64,000 nt of DNA from Octopus sinensis (Eukaryota), in assembly GCF_006345805.1 (NCBI RefSeq), contig NC_043011.1, positions 43,102,464 through 43,166,463 on the forward strand, given 5' to 3'. Each line of letters starts with the position of its first letter. Position 1 is the first letter of the stretch. The translations under genes were made by a program, and so were the position numbers. The notes under the pieces are model-generated. The model was not told where the DNA came from. It did not search any database and saw nothing but the letters and a program-made list of their open reading frames with translations. Below are positions 1 through 13,384 of this stretch, piece by piece.

Positions 1-31
<31 letters not shown>

Positions 32-42
32 TATATATATAT

Positions 43-340
43 AATTTAATCCAAACGGGAAACAAAAAAACAACAACAATGGAACAATTACAGTATTATT
101 ATTAATAGGCGCTCAGGAAATGGAAGCAGGGAGGTATGACGTTTCGAGCGGAGCTCTTCGTCGGAAACATAAAGAAGGAAGAGAGAGGAAAGAAAGATCC
201 AGAGCGGGCAACAGGGAAGAGAAAAAAGACGACTGGTGTTTACGAGTTGCACATGGTGAAAGGCGGATGTTACGATAACAAGAGCAAAGTGGGTTTTTAA
301 AGGCAAAAGAGTGGAGACAAGGTTGGTAACGCAACAGATG
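43..340 (-). mobile_element. Penelope-like element pseudo-LTR fragment with a minimal hammerhead motif
   Basis: Abuts (TA)n. Minus strand 168->134 reads gttt-CCGACGA-a-gagc(tcc)gctc-GAAA-cg-TC-atac. Shares the tattaNtatggcgYtcaggaa...cgtttcgagc..gctcttcg motif with 9597-9787. Confidence 0.6.
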
Positions 341-1830
341 TGTGTGTATGTGTGAGTGTGTGCGTGTGCGTGTGTGTATGTGTGTGTGTGAGGCGAGATG
401 AAAAAACAAAAAAAATATATGTGTGTGTTGTAGGTGTGCGTCTGTGTGTAGGCGTGTGAGGTAGGGCGAGACTAGTGGTCAGCTTAGCAGCCAGGTCAGT
501 AGTAAGAAAAAGAAGGAAGGAAGGAGAAGGGAGGGAGGGGAAGGGGTGGGGCGTATGTAGCGTGCCAGCGTGTGTTGAGTAGTAGTGTGTGTGTTTGTGT
601 CCAGTTGTCGGTGGTATTAATGGCGAGTAGATTGAATGTGTGTAAGAGTAATGTATATATTTTAAGCAATGTGTGTATATGTGTGCGCGTGTGTGTAACG
701 AAAAAAGGGGGGGGTTAAGGAAAAGGACCCAGCTGAGGGGAAGATGGAAGAGTGGTCCCGCGGAGACGGGCGTGGGAAACCCAACGACACAGACGGTCCA
801 GGGACGGGCGGGAGGTCTCGTCGGGTCCAAGAGCGAGGTGCATGCGGCGCGTATGCGTTGCGCGAACGGCGCAAGCGCGTGTTGTGCGCGCGCCTGCGAG
901 TATGCGCGTAATAGTATGTAGGTATGTGTGGATGTGTGAGTGTGTCTGTGTGTATGTCTGGGTTGGCAGTGTGTCCGATGAATGTATGTGAGTATGGTGT
1001 ATGTATGTGTGTGCATATGTATGTCCGTGTTGTGTGTGTGTGTGTGTATGTGTGTGAGTGTGTATGTATGTACGTGTGGGTGTGGGAAGTGTGTGTATGT
1101 GCATGTGTGGCGCGTACATACAGGTGTGTGAGTGTGTGTGTGTGTATGTATGTGTGAGAGTGTGTATGTATGTGTGTGTAGGATGCATGTATGTGTATGG
1201 GTGATGTATGCGTGTGTGTATGTATGTATGTGTACGTGCGTGTGTGTGTGTGTATGCGTGTAGGTGTGCGCGTGTGCATGCATGCATGCATGTGCGTATG
1301 TGTGTGTGTGTGCATGTGTGTGGGTGGTATATATGTAGGTGCGTATATGTGTGTGTATGTGCGTACATGTGTGTATGTGTGTATGCATGTGTGTGTATGT
1401 AGGTGTGTAGGCGTTGTGTGTATAAGTGTATGTATGTAAGTATGTATGGGTGTGTCCGTGTATGTGTGGTGTATGTATGTGTGTGTATGTAGGTGTGTGG
1501 GCGTGTGTATATGTGTGTGTATGTAGGTGTGTGGGCGTGTGTATATAGGTGTATGTGTGTATGTCTGGGTGTGTCCGTGCATGTTTGTGTGTGTGTGTGT
1601 ATGCATGTGTATGTAGGTGTGTGTGTACGTGGTAATGTATGTGTGTATGCGTGTGTATGCGTGCGTGTGTGTATGTAGGTGCGTGTGTATGTGTGTGGGA
1701 GTGTAGGTGTGTGTGTGCGTGTGCGTGTTTATGTTGGTGTGTGCGTATGTGAGTGTGAGTGTATGGGTGTTGTCATGCATGTGGTGCGCGTGCAGGTGAG
1801 TGTGTGGTAAGTATGTGTGTGTGTGTATGT
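340..1830. repeat. Long degenerate (GT)n/(GTAT)n-rich low-complexity tract with a CpG-rich island at about 720-908
   Basis: Seen directly in the sequence; the ORFs here are His/Thr or Val/Cys repeats. Confidence 0.85.
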
Positions 1831-1904
1831 TTAACACCACCCACACACACACCACACACACACACACACCACACACACACTTATCTATATATATATATAT
1901 ATAC

Positions 1905-2075
1905 ATACGACAGGCTTCTTTTACTTTCTGTCTACGAAATCCACATCCACTCACAAGACCTTGCTCGGCTGGAGGCTATAGTAGAAGACATTTGCTCAAG
2001 GTGCCACGCATGGGACTGAAATTGGAACCATGTAGTTGGGAAGCAAGCTTCTTACCACACAGTCACGTCTGCGCC
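1905..2075 (-). mobile_element. tRNA-derived SINE family A, 5' half
   Basis: Reverse complement matches the head ggcgcag..gtggctgtgtggtaag..ggcaccttgggcaagtgtcttctactatagcc of the full copy at 43480-44010. Confidence 0.85.
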
Positions 2076-2905
2076 ATGTTCACGTGATCCAATAATCCAT
2101 TTTGATTCTTTTCTAAGAGATGTCCTCGTAATCTAAGTGGATCATTTGGCTGTTATTTATTAAATATTGAATGATCATGCTGAGATCCTCAGCTCTCATT
2201 GGCAAGAAGTAAATGTACTTATGTTTATTCCGTAGATTGTTCCAAATATCCCTTAAAACTACGCTCTATCAGCTTAAGATCTTTTAATAAGAACACACGC
2301 AGTAATATGGCGTATTATATTATATTTGGGTGAAAAAAGATGTGATGAGTTATAGCTGAGATGAACCGATTCTCACATTACTAGGACGAGATGGACTGGT
2401 TTCTTTGAGAATTCATTAGTCAACTCGGATAGACCTTATACATGACAGTATGGTTATAAAGTTCGGTTTGTAACAAGAGAGATTCGAGTTCACTCCTAAT
2501 ACGTGGCACTTTGAACAAGTCTTTTTTCAATATTTTTCGGTTTCTTGTCTGTATCCTATCCTAGGATCGGTAACTGCTTTGTAAGTTAAAGTGCGGAAAA
2601 GAAAACTGAGTGAAAACCCGGTGCTGAGCCGTTTTTGTTTTTTTATGAGCGTGGCTTTAAGAAGAATTACTCCCTGTTGCAAGTATCCGAGCCATTTCTC
2701 CAGTCTCAGAAGGAAAACATTTTCTTCCTTCTTCTAGCGAGTCTGGACGACCCTCAAAACGACCATCGACACTGGCGTTCTTTCTCTGGAGAATAAACAA
2801 TAACCAAAATAGTACACAACTACATGGGTACATTCAGAGAGGTAGCATACATTTACTCAATTGTGTCAAATTTTGGCACAAGGCCAGTAATTTTGAAAGT
2901 CAGTG

Positions 2906-3069
2906 TTAAGTCGACTATATCAGTCCCACAACTGGACGAGTACCTTATTTTATAGACCCCGGAAAAATGAAATGCAATACTTTCCTTGACATGTATTTGA
3001 ACTCAGAGAGTAAAGACCCAGAAGAAATGCCGCTAAAAGACGAGCTAATGGTTCTGGCAGCTCGCCCCC
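2906..3069 (-). mobile_element. SINE family B, decayed copy
   Basis: Contains taagtcga..gacccc.gaaa..atgaa..tttgaactcaga..ctggcagctcgcc, as in the 16449 and 52290 copies. Confidence 0.65.
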
Positions 3070-4417
3070 TCCAAGTACTGAAAAACAATGAGCAAATAGC
3101 TTAACAGTGGTAATAAGACAGCATATGTTGTACAAGCGAGGCTTTGACATCAACAAATAGAAGTTAAATACTGAAATAATTTAAGTGATTAGAGTGGAAA
3201 AAGAAACTCAAGAAGCAGATATTTTGAATGCCATTCCAATCTTCTTTTAGTGGTATGCATCTCCATATGTGTGCATGTAGTTTTATACATATATAACTAC
3301 ATACATAGATACATAAATGAATCCTTTACAAACATTTTTGTTATTCTTTACTACCATACACACAGACGTATATGAGGTATTGTATGCATGCAGATACAGA
3401 TAAGTGTATCTATAAGTGTATCTATAAACATATACAAGGATATGTATATGCATTTATATATGATATAGCATATCATATATATGCGCAGTAATAAGGATGA
3501 AACAGATACACACACACACACACACATATATTTAATCAAAATAAGCAACAAGGATATCCAGAAGTTGATTATAACACACACACACACCACACACACACAC
3601 ATACTTATAAAAGTATAAAACCATTAGTAGCTCTTTCGTTTCTGCATTAACTTGCTATCTACCTATCTATCCATACACACAAACACAAACACACACGTAC
3701 ATGCGTAAATACACAAACTAACTCATGTATATCAAAGAGCAAAGAGAACTTTTGATGAAGATCACTCAGACACTGACCGAATCATCAACAAAAGTACTTA
3801 CATTTTTTATGTATCTTCTGTGTGAAAGACATGATCCTCTTCGTATCACAGAAAATAATATAACTGAGGACACGCTGCGAAGAACAAAACATTGACATTA
3901 ACACAAATGTACGGTTCTGGCTGTTTAAAATGGCAAATGATTCAAACAGCACAATTTGCCTCCGGTTAGAATCAACATGCACTGCACTTACGCACATATA
4001 ATCAAATCACTCGTATACATACGCACTCGCACGAACACGCACATTTCCATACACACACACACACACACATACACACACACATATGTATATGTACACATGT
4101 TGACAGATACACAGAGGTACAAATGCGTTCACACATACACACACACACACAAACACACATGTAGACACACAAGCACACAGGCCTTATATGGAGAGGTATT
4201 CATGCATACACACAACCTACGCATGCTATTATGTGTGTGTGCGTGCGTGTATGTGTGTGTAGAGATAATTGTGCTACACGAACACACACACATATACACA
4301 CAGACAGAAACACACACGGGCAGACACACATATCTATACATACATATCTATCTATATATATATACATATGCATACGTGTATGTATATAAGCATGAATGCG
4401 TGTGTGTGTATATATAG

Positions 4418-4448
<31 letters not shown>

Positions 4449-4493
4449 GAGAGAGATAGAGATAGCTAGCTAGATAGATAGATAGATAGATAG

Positions 4494-4541
<48 letters not shown>

Positions 4542-5397
4542 GGATAGATAGATACTCAATACATAAGTTACTGAAATAAAAACGTTAATACCCCACTAGT
4601 GTTCCATACCTTGAGAGAGATCTGATTAAAATCGGTTGTGTTTATGTATATACATATGTGTGTGTATGTGTGTGTATATATATACTCATACATACATGTG
4701 TGTGTGCGCATGTGTGTGTGTTTGTATGTTTATGTGTGCCTGCGCAGGTGTGTAAATGTGTGTTTTTGGTGCGTATACTGGAAACAATATGACGTATATG
4801 CTCGGATATTAGAACATATGTGAATATAACATATGAACCTTTGGTATCTAAAGGTTCTATGTCCTACACAAACATACACACACACACACATCCGCACGCA
4901 CGTACACACACACACACATCCACACGCACGTACACACACACATACACACACACATATATATATATATATAAATATGGGTACGTGTGTGCGTGTATGTTTA
5001 CACGGCTGTGATCCCCATCTGGGCCGACCGTCTTTGATATTTGGTATAGACGTTTGAAGCTAACAGATCATGATGATTTACTGTCAGAATTCAGCGAACA
5101 TTCTGGAATTTTTACTTCCTCTAATGAGGCAAAACACGAGTGAAACAGGTAGGGTTACTATGGCAACCAACAGTGCATGCTATAGGTAGACAGAGGTAAC
5201 TTATATTAAGAACGCTGGTGAGAAGGGGGTGGAGTGCCGGGGGAAGGGAATCAACAACACACAAGTAATTACAGACGGAAATAGAAAATGGAAAACATAC
5301 TGACAGATAGGTAAATAAGCAATATACACACACATATATATATACACACACACACTTGTGTATATGTGTGTATGTGTGTATATATGCATATATATAC

Positions 5398-5450
<53 letters not shown>

Positions 5451-6616
5451 TATGTGTGTATATATGTATATATTTACATTTATATATATATACACACACA
5501 TGTGCATATGTGTGTGCATGTGTGTATATAATTGCATATGTGTGAGTAAATATGTATACAGATGTATAGATACACATATATAACCACGTATTTACATATA
5601 TATATATGTATATATACACACATTTATACACACACACATATATATTTTTTTACAGACACAAGCGCGCGCACACACACACGCACACACATTTATGCAAACA
5701 CAGAGGGTCTTGAGCGAGGAGGAGTGTGAGTGATTAATTTCCTCAAAGTGCGTATAGTGAGTGTAAGAGAGGGAGGGGGAGAGGGAGATGGAGAGAGAGA
5801 GAATCAGATCGGAAAGACGGAAAGAAAAAAAGTAAGAAAAACAGTGCCGTTGTAAGACAACAGTGTAACGTTAATGAATCCGACAGCTATGCAAATTAGA
5901 CATGTAGACATTTAGAAATAGACGTAATGCACTGTAGCCATTAATTCACATATCACAACACCTGCCCTGCAGATGGCGCTATCTCCTCGCTCATTTTCTA
6001 CTGCTAACTACAACATCTACCCCTTACAAGTTGACTCGTCTCCTCTCCAGCTCTATTTAAGTCCACGCGGTTCTTTCATGTCTCATCGTCCTCCTAATGC
6101 CGTCCCCCAAACTGAACCACTTTGCCCAGTCCTAATTCTGCACGTAAAAAAAGGCTTCGGGAGTAAACACTGATGAAAAAAATCTAGAACGATGTTCTAG
6201 CAACATAGTCCTGCTATGACAATGGTATGAAATTGTAACGGCCGTGATTTTCTTTTGGTATCAAGCTGCATGGACAGCAAACTGTTCTCTATGCATACCG
6301 TCAGGTATAGATCCCATCGAATGTCCTGTACTGGAGATACAGAACCGTACAACACACACAGTTCGGAGCAACACTGGATTAACCATTAAGCAAAATCAGC
6401 ACGTCCATGGGACATCAAGGGAACAGAAAGGGACACCACAGAAATGGTATGTGGTTTACGACACAAAAGAAATCACTTTAAAATTGGTAACCTAATTTTT
6501 GGTGTGCCTTATCTCTGTTAAGTATAAAAACAGGTGTGTTACATAGAATTAATTTGGGGGATCTTTGCATTTTAACAAAAGTAGGGGAAAGCATATCAAA
6601 TATAAATACAGCAGAA

Positions 6617-6795
6617 AGGAGTGGCTGTGTGGTAAGTAGCTTGCTTACCAACCTCATGGTTCCGGATTCAGTCCCACTGCGTGGCACCTTGGGCAAATGT
6701 CTTCTACTATAGTCAAGGCCGACCAAAGCCTTGTGAGTGGATTTGATAGACGGAAACTGAAAAGAGCCCATCGAAAATGCGTATACGTATATATG

Positions 6796-6879
<84 letters not shown>

Positions 6880-7095
6880 TGTGTCGTTTGTTCCTTTCTC
6901 CACCGCTTGACAAGCAATGTCGGTGTGTTTACGTTCTCGTAACTTAGGGGTCCGGCAAAAGTGAATGATAGAATGAGTAATAGGCTTTAAAAAATATAAG
7001 TCCTGAGGTCGATTTATTCGACTAAAACCCTTAAAGGTGGTGCTCCAGCATGGCCGCAGCCAATGACTGAGACAAGTAGAAAAAAAAGAAAAGAC
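6617..7095 (+). mobile_element. SINE family A, near full length, with internal (TA)n(TG)n
   Basis: A-box tggctgtgtggt, B-box-like gattcagtccc, body, and tail gctccagcatggccgcag..aatgactga.acaagta. Confidence 0.9.
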
Positions 7096-7252
7096 AAAAA
7101 TAATTTTTGTGCTTAACACTAAGTACTAACTAATTCTCGCAAAACTAGCTGAAAACATTATATATTCATTTACCACATATTTGTCTTTAGATAATATAAT
7201 TTACTATCTCTAAAGTGCAAATTCTATATGTGGATTATGTGTGTGTGTTTGC

Positions 7253-7297
<45 letters not shown>

Positions 7298-7547
7298 TGT
7301 GTGTGCCTCTATGTATGTATGTATGTATGAATGTATGTATGTATATATGTATGTATGTATGTGTGTATGCAAAAAGAGAAGTGTACATATATATGCATGT
7401 ATGAATTTATGTGTACACACACACACACACATATATATATATACACACATACATATATACATATATACATGCATGCATATACATACATACAAACATACAT
7501 ACATGCATACATACATACATACATACATACATACATACATACATACA

Positions 7548-7578
<31 letters not shown>

Positions 7579-8538
7579 GTACGTACGTGCAGAAAAACAA
7601 GCGTTCGTTTTTGTTATTTACTTTCAGTGAAAGAAGTATTTATTTAAAGAACAGTAAAAATATTTGTATTTAATAATCACGATCTACATTCAAATGAGCA
7701 TTTGATATTTCGCTCCAGTCGCTATAGTAGCAACGATCTCGGCTCAGCATTCGTATTGTTGAAAATATATCATTCGAAGCACGTTATGTTGTGGATTAAT
7801 TTCTTTAAACTATTGTTGATAGGGAAGACGCTGTGTTGATGATAATGTTTTTACGCTTTAATATAGTGATTTTACTTCATTTTGTTTTCTGTTATGGTTT
7901 ATTTTCCCTTATAATAAACTTCGTGTTGATTAAGGAAAAATTATTTCTATAGTGGCTGGCGTCATCAATCTGATACTGAGCCGGGACTAACCTTCCACTT
8001 ATATCTAATGTGTGACCCTGGGATTATCTCACAGGTCTTCTTTAACATGCACTCAGTATAATCAAACAGCACGCAAAAAATATTTAATGTAATCTGGGGG
8101 TGAAACCCCTCATGCACAGATGCTGAAAGTTTGACCAAGTCTGACCTCACGCTATACTAGTAACCCGAGTCAACCTAATGCACATCACGTCTGACTTGAT
8201 CGCATTTGGCATCAAACGTAGAAGCAAATACAACGTGACTTGATTCCATGATGAAACATAAACTTCTCCTAATGTCATCCCTCAAGGATAATGGTTCAAC
8301 TATATAGCATTTTATCTGTAATACGAAATCTATTTAAGACTTATAGATTAATGCAGTATAGTTTAAATAGGTGTAAAGCATCATGAAAAGGTTCCCCTTA
8401 GGTGTGTATCGCATGATTTCGTTTGGTCTGAAACTATTGCAGTGAACTCAATCAAATAATGTCTACTTGTGCTGGGCAAAGTTTAGAGTTCAACACTTTA
8501 TGAGGATGAAAAGAACAGTAGTAATACTGTATGTATGT

Positions 8539-8933
8539 CATTATTCAGTTTATTTCAATATTTCTTGCCAATAAAGAAAGAACCGATTTCTAATCTAGAT
8601 CCAAGGCTCCTTCACTGGAATTTCAGTATCAACAACGGGGTATTTTTGTGTGTATGTATGTATGTATGTATTCATGCATGCATGTATGTATGTATGTATG
8701 TATGTATGTATGTATGTATGTATGTATGTATGTATGTATGTATGTATGTATTTATGTATGTATGTATGTATGTATGTATGTATGTATGTATGTATGTAGT
8801 ATGCATACATGTATGTACAGATTTGCATGTTTTACGGATGTATTCTCATGCATATAGTTGCATATCTAGACATGCTCATATATATTTAAACGATAAACTT
8901 CTGGAAAGTTTTACAGAATTTTAGTTCCAGTGA
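8539..8933 (-). mobile_element. 3' end (C-terminus plus 3' UTR) of a restriction-like-endonuclease LINE, R4-like, inserted in (CATA)n
   Basis: Minus strand encodes ITGT/KFCKTFQKFIV* (frameshifted), followed by a 3' UTR with internal (CATA)n ending aactgaataatga-catacatac. The same UTR end recurs at 36465-36546. Confidence 0.7.
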
Positions 8934-8939
8934 TGTATG

Positions 8940-8973
<34 letters not shown>

Positions 8974-9139
8974 TGTATGTATGTATGTATGTATGTATGT
9001 ACGTACGTATGTATGTATGTCCTTATGTATGTATATACGTACATGCGTATCTGTTTATGTATATATGTATGTGTGTGTATATATGTATGTATATATGTAT
9101 GTATGTGTGTGTGTCTGTTTGTATGTACGTATGTATGTA

Positions 9140-9566
9140 CTCTTTCTTTTTTTAATTTCGAATAAATGTTGACTGATCACCTGCTTGGTAGCAAGGTCGT
9201 GAAGGAAAGACTCTGAATTTGTTCATCATCCCTCAAATCTTAAGAAAGGTTTTACAGATTTCTATTGTTCCATATATCGCGCTTCTATGTAGTGTATGAT
9301 TTGCATTCTTTCCCCAAGAACCCACGATCAACCACACTTTGTTCCGGACGGGTTTGTATATATCCTGTTGCTCCAATAATAATAATAATGATAAGTATGA
9401 AGCTGAAAGTGTATCTTGGGTACTGGATTTGCAAATGCCTGATTAGTAGTCCGTATATATCCTCTTTCTCTTGTAATTTTCTAACCACATTGTTGTCCAG
9501 TGGGTACAGGTTTTCCACGACTTAACATATTTTCTCTTGTGGCCTAATACAACAATATCTGGTCGG
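9140..9566 (-). mobile_element. RLE-endonuclease domain and 3' UTR of an R4-like LINE, decayed
   Basis: RPDIVV..PLDNNVVRKLQEKEDIYGLLIRHLQIQYPRYTF..IIGATG..GTIEICKTFLKI*, i.e. a PD-(D/E)xK-type restriction-like endonuclease. Flanked on both sides by (TATG)n. Confidence 0.8.
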
Positions 9567-9596
9567 ATGTATGTATGTATGCATGTATGTATGTAT

Positions 9597-9787
9597 ATAA
9601 CGGGAATGTTATATACGAAAATAAACAAAAGACGAAGGCAGGTGGAGTACAAACAAACAAATGTATTAGTATGGCGTTCAGGAATAGAAAAGTCTTTTAC
9701 GTTTCGAGCCTACGCTCTTCGACAGAAAGATACACAGAATAAAACAAGGAGAGAAAAAAATGCGTGTAGGAGCTAACGATCTATCAT
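9597..9787 (-). mobile_element. PLE pseudo-LTR fragment with minimal hammerhead motif (9693-9730)
   Basis: Minus strand reads tcttt-CTGTCGA-a-gagc(gtag)gctc-GAAA-cg-TA-aaaga, with perfect stems I and II. A fragment of the same family lies at 38484-38536. Confidence 0.7.
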
Positions 9788-10773
9788 ATGTATGTATGTA
9801 TGTGTGTATGTTAAATTCCGTTCTCAATTTAAATTTATAATCATGGTAGAAGACCTGTAGATATTCACTTGTCCATACTTATTATCCTCACAGAATTTGG
9901 AAGGGATATTCTCATCTGCGGGGCAATGCATACATATTAAGCATGTATGTATGTATTCCTGTATGTAGTATTTTAAATTACTTCTTTTTTTATGGAAGTC
10001 CCTTGAGTACTGTAGATATAGCTAGGCAAATGCTGTGCAGACGACGGCTACTGAGCCAGAAACACGTGTTTTAACATGTACTTTTGCCTCCAGACAATAA
10101 GCTTGCCCTTCTCCTTAATGATATATCAACTTTGGAGAAATCTTGATTCTTGTGGTTATCTCCCTTTCCAGTTGTCATTAGTGTGTGTATGTGTGTGTGC
10201 ATTATTCAGACTATGTTGCTGAAGGTTAGTATTGCGTGGGATATCGTGTGGTGCAGTCAATATAACGCATAACCCATAAACTGCATCGGGAGTCGTGGTG
10301 AGTAGCCAGCGTGTGTTTTGTGGGGTTAATAAGATAAAAGCGACAGGCGCGTTAAGGGGAGCGCACCAAAGGTTAATACAATATTCAGGTACTAATGTAA
10401 AAGTTATAATATGGGTCATCTGCATGTTAATGTCCCGATTCCTCTAGGTATTTTAGAAAACATTGGTATTCAGTAGACAATTTATGTACTCTTAGGCTAT
10501 AAAGTATTTGCAGTTAGTTACTCTCTAAATATACCTTACTGCTCAAACCAATATAAACACATATACATGCCCATCTCTCTTTCTCTCTCTTTCTCGCTCT
10601 CTCCCTCTCTCCTTATATATATATATATACATATACATATACATGCACATGTATATGTATATATCTATCTTTCTATATACAAACACACACATACAAATGT
10701 ATGCATATAAAATGTCTATATACACATATATATATTTATGCGTATATATATATGTGTGCATATATATACATAT

Positions 10774-10817
<44 letters not shown>

Positions 10818-10991
10818 TATATATATATATATTGATATATATATATAGATATATCTATATCTATACATCTGTGTATATATGTGTACATATATTCATTTGT
10901 ATGTACATTTATGTAGGTATATATATATATGAATATATTTGTGAGTGTGTATATGTTTGCATGTACGTATGCATTTATATATGCGCTTACG

Positions 10992-11041
<50 letters not shown>

Positions 11042-11127
11042 CATAAACATATACATAAACATATATATATATATATAGACATAAATATATATATACATAA
11101 ATATATATATTATATATATATATATAC

Positions 11128-11167
<40 letters not shown>

Positions 11168-11194
11168 CCATAGATATGTATATATATATATATA

Positions 11195-11237
<43 letters not shown>

Positions 11238-11677
11238 TTTATGCATGTCTGTACGCGCGCACACACATACACACACACACACACAACACACACACACACA
11301 CACACACAGATAACTGACAGCCTTACTAATACCACTGAGTTGGCCGAAGGTCAGCAAATTCTTCTAAGAGAGAAACTTTCAACGTACGTGAAGCAAAGTT
11401 GAATTTAATTACGAATAAAAAAGGAAAGGTAACAAAACATAAACAAATATAAGAAAAAATATGAAATAAAAAAAACAACACATTGTAGACTTGCCAAATC
11501 TAATTAACGCTGGTTATAATAAATACGATATGAAGTCAAGGATAATTAGCTGTATGAGATATTTGATGGATATTTAACAGTTATTGGGAAAAGCTGGGAT
11601 ATTTATAGAACCTAGGAGAAACGAGCAAATAATGGAGAGGACAATGTGAGCAATACTGCTGGTTTACACATAAAGCA

Positions 11678-11693
11678 ATATAATAATAATAAT

Positions 11694-11746
<53 letters not shown>

Positions 11747-11800
11747 TAACGATAAAGATAATGATAATAGTAGAGCTAATAACAATAGTTCTAGTAAAAG

Positions 11801-11836
<36 letters not shown>

Positions 11837-12119
11837 ATGGTGGTTGTGGTGTAGGTGGTGGTGGTGGTGGGGGTAGGGGTGTAGGTGGTGGTGGTGGAGT
11901 GGTGGTGGTGGGTGTAGGTGGTGGTGGTGGTAGTAGTCGTAGTAGGAAAAGAGGAGAAGGATAATGGTGATACTGATAATGGTGATGATGATGATGATGA
12001 TGATGAGAAGGATGGTGACGAGGATGATGGTGATGATGAGGAAGGGAATTGTGATGAAGAGGTGGATGGTGATGACGAGGGGGAGGAGAAAGAAGGCGGA
12101 GGGGAGGAGGATAATGGTA

Positions 12120-12153
<34 letters not shown>

Positions 12154-12230
12154 GGGTGATGGTGATTACAACAATAATAACAACTGCATCGACAATAACA
12201 CCAACAACAAATAACAAAATCAACGAGAAC
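11678..12230. repeat. Compound trinucleotide array (AAT, AGT, GGT, GAT, AAC blocks)
   Basis: Seen directly in the sequence. Confidence 0.95.
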
Positions 12231-13111
12231 AGTAGTAATAGCAACACGCGCAACAATAGTAACATCAGAGGCAATAACAAACAACTATTTCTTTATTCAC
12301 CATACAGATTAGCAATAACAAAGAACAACGGCTCCAACAGTATCCACAGCATCAATAGCAACAACATTTGCAATACTAATAGCAACGGCAAGTATAATAG
12401 CAATAGCAACGGTAGTAAATCCAGCAATTGTTACAACAGCGGAAGCAGCAGTGGTTACAAACAGTAATATTATAACAATAGTGAGATTAGCACCAACAGC
12501 GATAGCAACGGTGGCGGGAATGGTGGTCGTAACGACAGGAACATTAACAACAGATATATTAACAACAGTACCAACATTGTCAGTAGCGATACAATCAAAG
12601 AATCGACGGGGTGGCCACTATAGTAATAGTTGTCAACTCTCTCTCTCTCTCGTCTCTTTCTGTCTGTCTCTCTCTCTCGCTCTCTCGCTCTGTCCTATAT
12701 ACACATCTCCGAATCTGAAATATACAAACATACATACATACATACATGTGTGTGTGTGTGTGTGTGTATGACAATCTATATATTCAGCTTAATTTCTATA
12801 TATTGTCAGACGTCCGGCAGCCGCGTTCTAGTGAAATCTCACTGACAGCGATATAATTTCAGCGGACTAGCATTCGATTGTCGGACGTCTTCCACTGAGG
12901 AGACGAGACACGCTGAAATAACGTGATCAGACATTTCCGGCGTTCATTACAGATGAAGCTTTCTTCAAGAGATATAAATATGTGTACTTCTATGCACCAC
13001 ACTCCATATCAGAGGTCCTCTCAAAGTAAACAACGCAGTATTCGGCGCTGTAACAACAAATCCACATTAAGTTGTCACTTGGTAACAAAACTGCTTCTGT
13101 TACTAATAATT

Positions 13112-13158
<47 letters not shown>

Positions 13159-13159
<1 letters not shown>

Positions 13160-13294
13160 CATAGACATGGATGTGTGGTAAGAAGTCCTACTGCGTGGTA
13201 TCTTGGGCAAGTATCTTTTAGTATAGCCACGGGCCGACCAAAGCGTTGTGAGTGTATTTGGTACAGAGAAACTGAAAACAGCCCGTCGGATATA
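13159..13294 (+). mobile_element. SINE family A, decayed 5' part
   Basis: tgtgtggtaag..ttgggcaagt..gggccgaccaaagc.ttgtgagtg..aactgaaa..gcccgtcg. Confidence 0.75.
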
Positions 13295-13384
13295 TGCCTA
13301 CATATATGCCGCCTTCACATCTATACACATAATTCTGGATTCAAATTCTGGTGGAAGGTCAACAGTTTCCTGGGGTGGGTTGCG

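Noticed and set aside
297-1954. 363-aa and 430-aa His/Thr-rich ORFs
   Set aside because: Translations of (CA)n/(CATA)n low-complexity DNA with no domain content.
11612-12467. Poly-His/Pro/Asp/Met ORFs in several frames
   Set aside because: Triplet arrays are open in multiple frames on both strands; no coding signature.
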